From NCBI GenBank assembly GCA_964368255.1, contig CAYJBW010000008.1:1-24000 (forward strand): DNA of 24,000 nucleotides, given 5' to 3'. Shown piece after piece: positions 1 to 7,000 of the stretch (position 1 is the stretch's first letter; each line of letters opens with the position of its first letter). Source of the DNA: an uncultured Christensenella sp. GTDB taxonomy: Bacteria; Bacillota; Clostridia; Christensenellales; DTU072. A program made the position numbers and the translations under genes. The notes below the pieces were generated by a model that made no database searches, was not told the DNA's origin, and worked only from the letters and a program-made list of their open reading frames with translations.

Positions 1-132
1 GTATATACTATCAACTAAGTTGGTTTTGCCACTTGCGTTTGCGCCAGTTATGATATTAACCCCCTCGCTAAGGTCTAGTAGCAAGTTTGGGTAACTGAGA
101 AAATTTTCTAAATAAATTTTCTTTATCCGCAA
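1..132 (-). CDS. recF: RecF-like (RecF/SMC N-terminal family) ATPase; first 44 codons only, gene runs off the left edge
   Basis: Not in the ORF track. My minus-strand translation from TTG at 132..130 gives MRIKKIYLENFLSYPNLLLDLSEGVNIITGANASGKTNLVDSIY. The pattern hxxhxhxNF..Y..h.h.h..GhNhhxGxNxxGKTNhh-hIY is the classic RecF N-terminus with its Walker A. A GGGAG Shine-Dalgarno lies 6 nt upstream, inside the last codons of metA. The genomic context is not the canonical dnaA-dnaN-recF-gyrB, so a paralog remains possible. Confidence 0.55.
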   Translation of the reverse strand, partial: MRIKKIYLENFLSYPNLLLDLSEGVNIITGANASGKTNLVDSIY

Positions 133-134
133 TT

Positions 135-1043
135 TTATCTCCCAATGTCATAAGGCGTGACTTGATACACATAATAGTTCAGCCAGTTGTTGAACAGCAA
201 GTGTCCAGTGGACTTCCACCCCATGTTTATTTTGTCCATGTCGCCGTCCACAAAATAATACTCGGGGATATCAATATCCATTCCCTTGTCCTTGTCCCGC
301 AAGTACTCTTTTTTAAGCGTTTCTCTATCGTATTCGCTATGACCGAAAAAGAAAAACTTCTTCCCGTCAATGCTTTTTGCCACGCTAATACCGCAGTCTT
401 CGCCTTCGGCAAGCACTACAAGTCTGCTGTCTTCTTTTACCGTTTTTTCGTCAATAGCGGTGTATCTTGAGTGTGGCACCTTGAAGTTGTCATTAAGCCC
501 CCTAAGCAAAGGGTCATATTCCACTATGGGATGATTTTTGTACACTCCAAATAGCTTCTTATCAAGCGGCATTTTTCCAATGCCATAATAATAATTCATC
601 GCGGCTTGCGCTCCCCAACAAATAAAAATTGAAGAAGTGACATTCCTTTCTGCGAACTCAAATATTTGACAAAGCTCATCCCAGTACTTGACATCGTTAA
701 ATTCCATTGTCTCGACTGGCGCGCCCGTTACTATCATTCCGTCATACTTTTTGTGCTTTATTTCTTCAAAAGTTTGATAGAACTTGTCAAGATGTGTTTC
801 TGACGCGTTGGTGGGGCGATAAGTTGCCGTCATTATTAGCGTTACATTTACTTGCAAAGAATTGTTGCTAAGTAGTCTCATTAGTTGTGTTTCTGTTTCC
901 ACCTTGGTGGGCATCAAATTAAGGATAATTATCTCTAGTGGGCGGATATCCTGCATCTGCGCCCTGGAACTACCCATTACAAATATGTTTTCCTTTGTCA
1001 GCACATCGAATGCCGGGATATCTTTTGGTATAACTATTGGCAT
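135..1043 (-). CDS. metA: Homoserine O-acyltransferase MetA, predicted acetyl-specific (homoserine O-acetyltransferase)
   Basis: The 302-aa ORF is MetA-like along its whole length. It has the catalytic-Cys motif FICWGAQAA and GHSEYD. The GAPVE motif places Glu at the position reported to specify acetyl-CoA in Bacillus cereus MetA, where succinyl-specific E. coli MetA has Gly. A GGAGG Shine-Dalgarno sits just upstream of ATG 1043. The neighbouring metY fits an O-acetylhomoserine route. Confidence 0.9.
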   Translation of the reverse strand: MPIVIPKDIPAFDVLTKENIFVMGSSRAQMQDIRPLEIIILNLMPTKVETETQLMRLLSNNSLQVNVTLIMTATYRPTNASETHLDKFYQTFEEIKHKKYDGMIVTGAPVETMEFNDVKYWDELCQIFEFAERNVTSSIFICWGAQAAMNYYYGIGKMPLDKKLFGVYKNHPIVEYDPLLRGLNDNFKVPHSRYTAIDEKTVKEDSRLVVLAEGEDCGISVAKSIDGKKFFFFGHSEYDRETLKKEYLRDKDKGMDIDIPEYYFVDGDMDKINMGWKSTGHLLFNNWLNYYVYQVTPYDIGR

Positions 1044-1058
1044 AATGCCTCCTTTTGT

Positions 1059-2342
1059 TTATCTGCTCGCCTCAAGCGCATTAGAAATATCAGCTAAAAT
1101 ATCGCTAATATCTTCTATACCCACGCTTAAACGAATTAAATTATCACTAATACCACAAGAAATTAACTCTTCGTCATTTAGTTGGCGGTGCGTTGAGCTA
1201 GCCGGATGCAATACACAACTGCGCGCATCGGCAATATGAGTTACTATTCTAAACAGCTTTAACGCTCTTTGGAACTTGGATGCGGCCTCTCTCCCGCCCT
1301 TTATTCCGAAAGTAACCATTCCTGATGCCATTGCATTATCAAAATACTTGTTGACTTTTTCGTTATTTTTGTCACTTTCCAGTCCGCCGTATTTTATCCA
1401 CTCAACATTGTCGCTTTGCTCAAGAAATTCTGCCACAAGCAAGGCATTCTCGCTGTGTCTGGGCATTCTTAAATGAAGCGTTTCTATGCCGTTGTGTGTC
1501 AAGAAAGCATTAAGTGGCGCCATTTGCGCGCCGATATCTCTCATTACTTGCACCCTTGCTTTAATAATGAATGCTTTCTCTTTGCAATCTACGGCATAAA
1601 CCATACCGTGGTAGCTTTGGTCTGGCTCGTTAAATGATGGATATCTTTTGTTGTTTAGATAAGGGAAGTTCCCCCCGTCAACAATTAGTCCGCCTAAGCT
1701 ACAAGCGTGACCGTCAAGATACTTTGTGGATGAGTACACAATAACATTTGCGCCCCACTCAAAAGGCCGACAAATAACGGGCGTTGCTAGGGTGTTGTCC
1801 ACCATTAACACTATGCCATATTTTTTCGCAACTTTATTGAGAACATCAAAATCCGCTACATTCATAGCAGGATTTGCTATTGTTTCGCAAAAAATTATTT
1901 TAGTTTTGTCATCAATTAGCTTTTCTATGTCGCTAATTGTACTGTCTGCGTCAACAAAACGGCAATTTATGCCTAGTTTGGGCAGAGTTGTACCAAAAAG
2001 ATTGAATGTTCCGCCATAAATCGTGGATAGTGATATTATATTATCGCCACTACTACATAGAGTAAGCACCGCTAGTGTTATTGCCGCCATTCCGCTGGAA
2101 CAAGCCATAGCGCCTATGCCGTTATCTAGCGCAGTTATCCGCTCTTCCAAACCACCATTTGTGGGGTTAGCAAGACGCGTATAAAAATATCCTTCTTTTT
2201 TTAGGTCGAACAGGTCGCCCATTTCTTCGGGTGTGTCATAAGCAAAAGTTGTGCTTTGGTATATTGGTAGTACTCTAGGCTCACCCTTCTTTGGGTTGTA
2301 GCCTGATTGTACGCATTTTGTATCTATTTTGAAATTTTTCAT
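1059..2342 (-). CDS. metY: O-acetylhomoserine sulfhydrylase (aminocarboxypropyltransferase), PLP-dependent Cys/Met metabolism family
   Basis: The 427-aa ORF has a size and N-terminus typical of MetY/CysD (YTRLANPTN, ERITALDNG..AMACSSGMAA). The PLP-lysine motif is SSTKYLDGH. A GGAGG Shine-Dalgarno lies 6 nt before ATG 2342. Confidence 0.85.
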   Translation of the reverse strand: MKNFKIDTKCVQSGYNPKKGEPRVLPIYQSTTFAYDTPEEMGDLFDLKKEGYFYTRLANPTNGGLEERITALDNGIGAMACSSGMAAITLAVLTLCSSGDNIISLSTIYGGTFNLFGTTLPKLGINCRFVDADSTISDIEKLIDDKTKIIFCETIANPAMNVADFDVLNKVAKKYGIVLMVDNTLATPVICRPFEWGANVIVYSSTKYLDGHACSLGGLIVDGGNFPYLNNKRYPSFNEPDQSYHGMVYAVDCKEKAFIIKARVQVMRDIGAQMAPLNAFLTHNGIETLHLRMPRHSENALLVAEFLEQSDNVEWIKYGGLESDKNNEKVNKYFDNAMASGMVTFGIKGGREAASKFQRALKLFRIVTHIADARSCVLHPASSTHRQLNDEELISCGISDNLIRLSVGIEDISDILADISNALEASR

Positions 2343-2354
2343 TGTAAGCCTCCG

Positions 2355-2804
2355 TTATTTATAATTTGCTAGCTCTCTTTGCATATCTCTTTTTTGTTGT
2401 TTGTCCTTGAGAGCATCTCGTTTGTCATGTAATTCTTTACCTTTAGCCAGTGCTATTTCTATTTTAACGAGGGAATTCTTGAAGTAAACTTTGGTAGCAA
2501 CTAGAGTATATCCTTTTTGCTCTACTCTGCCCCTAAGTCTGTCAATTTCCCTCTTATGCATGAGTAGTCGGCGGTCACGGCGGGGGTCTTCGTTAAAATA
2601 GCTCCCCATTTTGTAGGGAGAAATATGCACATTGGACAAAATCAGCTCACCATTCTTTATAAAGGCATAGCTGTCCTTTAGGTTTATTCCGCCCATTCTA
2701 ATGCTTTTTACCTCGCTTCCAACTAGTTGTATCCCCGCTTCAAATGTTTCTTCTATGAAATAATCGTGGTAGGCTTTCTTGTTGGTGGCAACCAATCTTT
2801 GCAT
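2355..2804 (-). CDS. smpB: SsrA(tmRNA)-binding protein SmpB
   Basis: It carries the NKKAYHDYFIEETFEAGIQLVGSEVKSIR signature and a basic C-terminal tail. I moved the start from the track's TTG at 2822 to ATG 2804 (MQRLVATNKKA...), which has an AGGAG Shine-Dalgarno 5 nt upstream. Confidence 0.92.
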   Translation of the reverse strand: MQRLVATNKKAYHDYFIEETFEAGIQLVGSEVKSIRMGGINLKDSYAFIKNGELILSNVHISPYKMGSYFNEDPRRDRRLLMHKREIDRLRGRVEQKGYTLVATKVYFKNSLVKIEIALAKGKELHDKRDALKDKQQKRDMQRELANYK

Positions 2805-2831
2805 AAAAACTCCTATTATCAATAATTTATT

Positions 2832-2860
2832 ATAATACCATATAACACCCTCAAAAGCAA
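2832..2860 (-). promoter_or_regulatory. Sigma-A-type promoter for smpB-metY-metA
   Basis: On the minus strand: TTGCTT (2860..2855), a 17-nt spacer, then TGgTATTAT, an extended -10 whose hexamer is at 2837..2832. This leaves a leader of only about 20 nt before the smpB Shine-Dalgarno and ATG. Confidence 0.45.
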
Positions 2861-2910
2861 GTCTTAGCTATACTTTGGGGTCATATTACACATCACTTAC
2901 TACTACTTAA

Positions 2911-2944
2911 AAACAAAAAAGCAACTGTCGCTTTTGGCAGTTGC
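2911..2944 (-). terminator. Rho-independent terminator downstream of secG
   Basis: The minus-strand RNA reads GCAACUG-(10-nt loop)-CAGUUGC, with arms at 2944..2938 and 2927..2921. It is followed by UUUUUUGUUUUU (2920..2909). Confidence 0.65.
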
Positions 2945-2970
2945 TTTAGTATTTTTGGTATCTATTGTTT

Positions 2971-3267
2971 TTATAACCTTGCTTTGAGTATTTGCATTAC
3001 GAAAAATAAAATTGATGTAACTAATATGCCTATCGAAATAAATATTGTCCATCTCTTAAACTTTGCGTCCAAACTCCTTGCTTTGTTCTTACCAAAAAAT
3101 GATTCAGCACCGCCGGCAATAGCTCCTAGGTTGGAAGAATTGCCCTGTTGTAGCACTACTATTATTATCATAGCAATGCTTAGCAGTACCATAATCACCA
3201 TTATGATAATGGATATCACTGTATATACATTGTATGCCTGTACGGCAGAAATCAAGTTTAACAACAT
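2971..3267 (-). CDS. secG: Preprotein translocase subunit SecG
   Basis: This is a two-TM small protein whose core, LLSIAMIIIVVLQQGNSSNLGAIAGGAESFFGKNKARSLD, closely parallels B. subtilis SecG ([32 protein letters not shown]). An AGGAGA Shine-Dalgarno lies 5 nt before ATG 3267. That start gives a product about 17 aa longer at the N-terminus than typical SecG. Confidence 0.8.
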   Translation of the reverse strand: MLLNLISAVQAYNVYTVISIIIMVIMVLLSIAMIIIVVLQQGNSSNLGAIAGGAESFFGKNKARSLDAKFKRWTIFISIGILVTSILFFVMQILKARL

Positions 3268-3299
3268 TTTTGTCTCCTAATATATAAATATGCTAGATA

Positions 3300-3328
3300 A
3301 TCTTAACACACTCATTATAATTTTTCAA
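3300..3328 (-). promoter_or_regulatory. Putative sigma-A promoter for secG
   Basis: On the minus strand: TTGAAA (3328..3323), a 17-nt spacer, then TGtTAAGAT, an extended -10 whose hexamer is at 3305..3300. Confidence 0.4.
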
Positions 3329-3359
3329 GTGTTTTGAATAATATTATACAAATTCTTGC

Positions 3360-4244
3360 TTAATCTACATCTCCAAAATATTTGTCAACAAGTCTAATAG
3401 GGCGCAATCTTAGTTTTGCCGTCCTTAGCCCCTCATCACCAACATCTTCTTCTCTGTTAACATACTTCACATCGGGATGTTCGTATAGTTGCAAATACAT
3501 ATTGTTAGTTGTTGCGTAGCTTCCGCTATACTTTATAAGCGCCTTCTCAAAATGCACATATAGAGTATCGCCTTTTATTTCCCCAAAAGATATACCTACA
3601 ACGCTCCCATCTACAACAAGTATACCCCCGAGCATGCCTACTTCTTCATAATTATCTACCAAGTATTGCAAAACCTTTCTCTCTTCCATAAAAAGCGTGC
3701 TTTCTTTGTTTTGTTCCTTATAATAATGCTTACAAAACTCTAGTATAATATCCTTTTTTGTACTGTCGTAAGGTAAGAATTCATAATGATAAGAACTACT
3801 AAACTTACTTATATGGTTCCTTTGAGTTTTGTACTTTTTACCTTCCAAAAAACGCAAATCTTCATAGGCGTACAAATAATCTGCCCAATCCCGCTCATTC
3901 TTTAGCTCTATTCTGTCCCCAAAATATTCTTTAAGCGCGGGCAAATTCTCGTCTATTAGGTACCAAAATTTTAACTTTAGCTCGTTAGCAGTACAATACT
4001 CATCAATTTGCTTAAAACAATCATTCGTTATGTTATCCCCAAAAGGAAAGTAAAAATTAGCCGAACCATAGACAAAGGAAACAATGTACATCACGCCGTC
4101 TTCTTCTGCAAAATGTATATTTTCTACATCTTTCCACAGATAAATGAACCCGAATGTGTTTTCACAACAGTAACCTTCTGCTTTGTCTACATACTTCCTT
4201 AGTAGCGGTATATGCTCACTTGTAAGCTTTTTCATTTGTAACAT
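3360..4244 (-). CDS. Standalone DUF2156 / MprF C-terminal-domain-like (GNAT-fold) protein, function unknown
   Basis: The 294-aa soluble ORF has the layout I associate with DUF2156: an N-terminal ..ENTFGFIYLWKD.., a central DYLYAYEDLRFLEGKKYKTQRNHISKF, and a C-terminal REEDVGDEGLRTAKLRLRP. No TM/flippase module is attached. No obvious Shine-Dalgarno precedes either ATG 4244 or ATG 4235. Confidence 0.6.
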   Translation of the reverse strand: MLQMKKLTSEHIPLLRKYVDKAEGYCCENTFGFIYLWKDVENIHFAEEDGVMYIVSFVYGSANFYFPFGDNITNDCFKQIDEYCTANELKLKFWYLIDENLPALKEYFGDRIELKNERDWADYLYAYEDLRFLEGKKYKTQRNHISKFSSSYHYEFLPYDSTKKDIILEFCKHYYKEQNKESTLFMEERKVLQYLVDNYEEVGMLGGILVVDGSVVGISFGEIKGDTLYVHFEKALIKYSGSYATTNNMYLQLYEHPDVKYVNREEDVGDEGLRTAKLRLRPIRLVDKYFGDVD

Positions 4245-4293
4245 AGGCTAAATATATCACTATTATTTGCAAAAGTAAAGTATAACAGCGCTT

Positions 4294-4818
4294 TTGATGT
4301 CAATAATACCATTCATGAGAAAATTCTGTCTTTTTTTAATCTTAATCATAGTATTAGTATTTGCCGGTTGCAGCAATAATAATACTACTACCAATAAAGA
4401 ATATTTGCGCTTACATATACGGGCAAACAGCAACGAAAGTTCTGACCAACAAATAAAACTTTCTGTAAGAGATGAATTACTTAACTACCTTTCCCCTTAC
4501 TTTGACAATGTTACCACTAGAAAGGGGGCAGAAGCGGTGGTGAAAAAACACTCAGAAAGAATAGAAAAACTCATTGATAATTTTTTAAGTGAGAACAAAT
4601 TTGACTATAAATGTAATCTTGCTATAAAAAACGAAAACTTCCCAACTAGGCAATATGGTGAACTAATACTAGAAGAAGGCTCTTATCGTGCGATAATAAT
4701 TACGCTAGGAACTGGCAGTGGGGATAACTGGTGGTGCGTAGCCTTTCCGCCACTTTGTTTTTTGGAAGGTGACGAAGCTATTTATAAATCAAAGATTTGG
4801 GAAATAATCAAAGAATAA
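4294..4818 (+). CDS. spoIIR: Stage II sporulation protein R (SpoIIR), probable lipoprotein/secreted
   Basis: Hallmarks are LRLHIRANSNESSDQQIKLSVRDELL and the C-terminal GDNWWCVAFPPLCF. The N-terminal signal sequence ends in a lipobox-like FAGC. The start is uncertain among TTG 4294, ATG 4297 and ATG 4315 (MRKFCLF...), and none has a strong Shine-Dalgarno. Confidence 0.85.
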   Translation: MMSIIPFMRKFCLFLILIIVLVFAGCSNNNTTTNKEYLRLHIRANSNESSDQQIKLSVRDELLNYLSPYFDNVTTRKGAEAVVKKHSERIEKLIDNFLSENKFDYKCNLAIKNENFPTRQYGELILEEGSYRAIIITLGTGSGDNWWCVAFPPLCFLEGDEAIYKSKIWEIIKE

Positions 4819-4827
4819 GGAGGCAAA

Positions 4828-5520
4828 ATGCAAAGAAAACAAGTTTTTAATACTGCGCTATGTATTGTGCTTATTTTGTCCGTTGCTCTTACCGCAGTAC
4901 TACTCTTTACCGATGTCATTCGCTCTGACGAAAATGCAGAAGCGGCAACGGTAAAGCAAGGAAGCACGGGCGCAACAGTACGACAAATTCAACAAAAACT
5001 AAAAACCTGGGGGTACTACACCGGCAGTGTGGACGGGATATTCGGCAGTCAAACAAGAACGGCTGTACGCTACTTCCAACAGAAAAACGGTCTGACTGTA
5101 GACGGTATTGTGGGCAAACAAACTGCCGCTGCCATGGGCATTAGTTTGTCTTCTAATACAAGCTCAAATTCTAGCAATGTCTATCTGCTTGCGCGGGCGA
5201 TATACGGGGAAGCGCGCGGAGAGCCCTATGTGGGACAGGTAGCTATTGCGGCAGTTATTCTGAACCGTGTCAAAAGTCCGCAATTCCCCAACACAATTAG
5301 TGGCGTAATTTATCAAAAAGGAGCCTTCACTGTAGTTGCTGACGGGCAAATAAACCTTACTCCTAACGACACCGCGCTAAGGGCTGCTCAAGACGCTATG
5401 AATGGTTGGGACCCCACTTATGGCTGCCTATTCTACTACAACCCAGCTACGGCAACTAATGCTTGGATTAGGCAAAAGACCATACACTTAACGATTGGTC
5501 GGCATGTCTTTTGTCTGTAA
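4828..5520 (+). CDS. sleB: Spore cortex-lytic enzyme SleB (PG-binding domain plus SleB-type cell-wall hydrolase domain)
   Basis: It starts with an N-terminal signal/TM segment. The PG_binding_1-type repeat reads GSTGATVRQIQQKLKTWGYYTGSVDGIFGSQTRTAVRYFQQKNGLTVDGIVG. The hydrolase domain reads LLARAIYGEARGEPYVGQVAIAAVILNRV...VIYQKGAFT. An AAGGAGG Shine-Dalgarno lies directly upstream of ATG 4828. Confidence 0.9.
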   Translation: MQRKQVFNTALCIVLILSVALTAVLLFTDVIRSDENAEAATVKQGSTGATVRQIQQKLKTWGYYTGSVDGIFGSQTRTAVRYFQQKNGLTVDGIVGKQTAAAMGISLSSNTSSNSSNVYLLARAIYGEARGEPYVGQVAIAAVILNRVKSPQFPNTISGVIYQKGAFTVVADGQINLTPNDTALRAAQDAMNGWDPTYGCLFYYNPATATNAWIRQKTIHLTIGRHVFCL

Positions 5521-5531
5521 AAGGGGGATTT

Positions 5532-6833
5532 ATGTCAAAAAGTAAAAAAATCATTATAGTTGTTTCTGTCGTATCAGTGCTAGTAATTGCTGGACTGTCT
5601 ACCGCACTTGGTATATTTGTTACAAGAAATAACAAAAACAACACCACTCTTAATAATATCTATGAGAAATCCTTTACCGAAGCGCTAGATAGTCTATCTG
5701 ATATAGAATTAAGACTAAGCAAAATAAAGGTACTAACGGGCACAACTTTGCGCCAACAACTACTCAACGATGTTTGGCGTCAGTGTGATGTAGCCAATAC
5801 TAACCTTTCTCAGCTAGGGGAGATGAGTGACGAAACTGGAACAATAATTAAGTTCATAAATCAAGTTGGTGACTATTGTTACTTTCTTTCTGTCAAGCTA
5901 AAGACTTCTCAGCTAAGTGAAGAAGAAACCAACAATATAACTAAGTTTTATGACATTATTAAAGAACTTAATATCTCTTTACGGGGTGTGCAAGACAAAC
6001 TTGTATCTGGTGAAAAGATAGATGCCACCCTTCTAAGCGACTCCGCCACCATTGGAGACGCCATAAAAACTCACTCTTCGGTAGAGTACCCAGAACTTAT
6101 CTATGACGGGCCGTTCTCTGACGCTCTTAAAGATAGAGAAGTTAAGAACCTTAAGGGCTTAACGGAAATTAGTAGTGAACAGGGAGCTGCAAAAGTTTTG
6201 GAGTTCTTCCCCGAAGCAAACAATGTGGAATATTTGGGAGAAGGCACAAGTTTTATTGATTGCTACCTTTATCAATTCAACATTGGAGATAATGTTGGCA
6301 ATATGCAAATAACAAGGCTGGGCGGTAAGGTTGCCACTTACAATTCTTACTGCGCCATAGAAGACCCCACCCTAAGTGAAGAAGAATGTCTAAATAAAGC
6401 TAAAGAATATATTACGCAAATGGGCTATGCGGATATGAAAGCAGTATGGGTGTTCAATAATAACAGCACAGTTTATGTCAACTTTGCATATGAAGACGAC
6501 AAGGATATAGTATACTATCCTGACCTGGTAAAAATAAAAGTCAACAGTAATAATGGCGAACTAATCGGAGTGGAAGCGGAAAACTATTTATATAATCACA
6601 TAGACAGAGATTTGGACATCACAAACGAAATTACCATTGTGCTTAACAAATCTTTGGTAATAGAAAGTCAAGTTTACTGCCTTATACCCACAGAATGGAA
6701 CACAGAAATTCTTTGCAAAGAAGTTGTTGCTACTGCTGACGGCATAACCTATTATATTTACTTCGACATAGCAACAGGTGACGAAAAAAAGGCAATGGTT
6801 GTTATTGAAGACGAAGGACGACTGCTCGCTTAA
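5532..6833 (+). CDS. ypeB: Germination protein YpeB (SleB partner)
   Basis: It lies immediately downstream of sleB, as in the classic sleB-ypeB pair. It has an N-terminal TM anchor, a length of about 430 aa, and a PepSY-like C-terminal region. I moved the start from the track's 5511 to ATG 5532 (MSKSKKIII...), which has an AAGGGGG Shine-Dalgarno 4 nt upstream. Confidence 0.8.
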   Translation: MSKSKKIIIVVSVVSVLVIAGLSTALGIFVTRNNKNNTTLNNIYEKSFTEALDSLSDIELRLSKIKVLTGTTLRQQLLNDVWRQCDVANTNLSQLGEMSDETGTIIKFINQVGDYCYFLSVKLKTSQLSEEETNNITKFYDIIKELNISLRGVQDKLVSGEKIDATLLSDSATIGDAIKTHSSVEYPELIYDGPFSDALKDREVKNLKGLTEISSEQGAAKVLEFFPEANNVEYLGEGTSFIDCYLYQFNIGDNVGNMQITRLGGKVATYNSYCAIEDPTLSEEECLNKAKEYITQMGYADMKAVWVFNNNSTVYVNFAYEDDKDIVYYPDLVKIKVNSNNGELIGVEAENYLYNHIDRDLDITNEITIVLNKSLVIESQVYCLIPTEWNTEILCKEVVATADGITYYIYFDIATGDEKKAMVVIEDEGRLLA

Positions 6834-6925
6834 AACATTATATATTTACTTCGATATAGCAACGGGCGATTAAAAAAAGGCAATGGCTGTTATTGAAGAC
6901 GAAGGACGCCTACTCGCTTAAAACA
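6751..6925 (+). repeat. Imperfect tandem direct repeat (2 x about 87 bp) made of the ypeB 3' end and a degenerate second copy
   Basis: Copy 1 spans 6751..6836 and holds the last 27 codons of ypeB, its stop, and aaaca. Copy 2 spans 6838..6925. A by-eye alignment shows 8 substitutions and one 2-bp indel. Confidence 0.9.
6838..6925 (+). pseudogene. Remnant of a ypeB 3' end (non-functional fragment)
   Basis: Read from 6841 it gives YIYFDIATGD*KKAMAVIEDEGRLLA*, compared with YIYFDIATGDEKKAMVVIEDEGRLLA* in ypeB. It has an internal TAA, is out of frame with ypeB, and has no start or Shine-Dalgarno. Confidence 0.75.
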
Positions 6926-6950
6926 CTCTATAAAGTATCCTTATAAAATA

Positions 6951-6980
6951 AAACAACGGCGATTTTTTTCGCCGTTGTTT
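6951..6980. terminator. Bidirectional intrinsic terminator between ypeB (+) and the ABC exporter pair (-)
   Basis: A perfect 12-bp stem, AAACAACGGCGA (6951..6962) with TCGCCGTTGTTT (6969..6980), closes a TTTTTT loop. T-rich tracts follow on both strands. Confidence 0.75.
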
Positions 6981-7000
6981 GTGTTTGTTAAGAGTATTTT

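Noticed and set aside
862-1239. A 125-aa plus-strand ORF. The same applies to similar antisense ORFs at 162..470, 1276..1476, 1726..2019, 2984..3280, 8154..8441, 10367..10588, 12980..13349, 14497..15189, 17882..18309, 19640..19921 and 21752..22738.
   Set aside because: All of them lie entirely inside strongly supported, motif-rich genes on the opposite strand. They have no Shine-Dalgarno and low-complexity or hydrophobic shadow-frame compositions, and they resemble no family I recognise. I treat them as shadow ORFs.
2343-2354. I looked for a SAM (S-box) riboswitch or Met T-box upstream of metY-metA, and for a tmRNA gene next to smpB.
   Set aside because: The intergenic spacers are 12 to 15 nt and the region between smpB and secG (2805..2970) is filled by a promoter and a terminator. 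There is no room for an RNA element longer than 100 nt. The absence is reported as a finding, not the element.
2971-3267. SecG appears about 17 aa longer at the N-terminus than typical roughly 76-aa SecG proteins.
   Set aside because: The long form has the only good Shine-Dalgarno, and internal Met codons would truncate the first TM helix. It is probably a harmless lineage-specific extension and does not merit a finding.
4245-4315. A possible sigma-F promoter for spoIIR (GTATA ... GTCAATAATA).
   Set aside because: The match to the GYATA-15-GGnRAnAnTW consensus is poor. It would also put the TSS on top of the candidate start codons. It is too weak to annotate.
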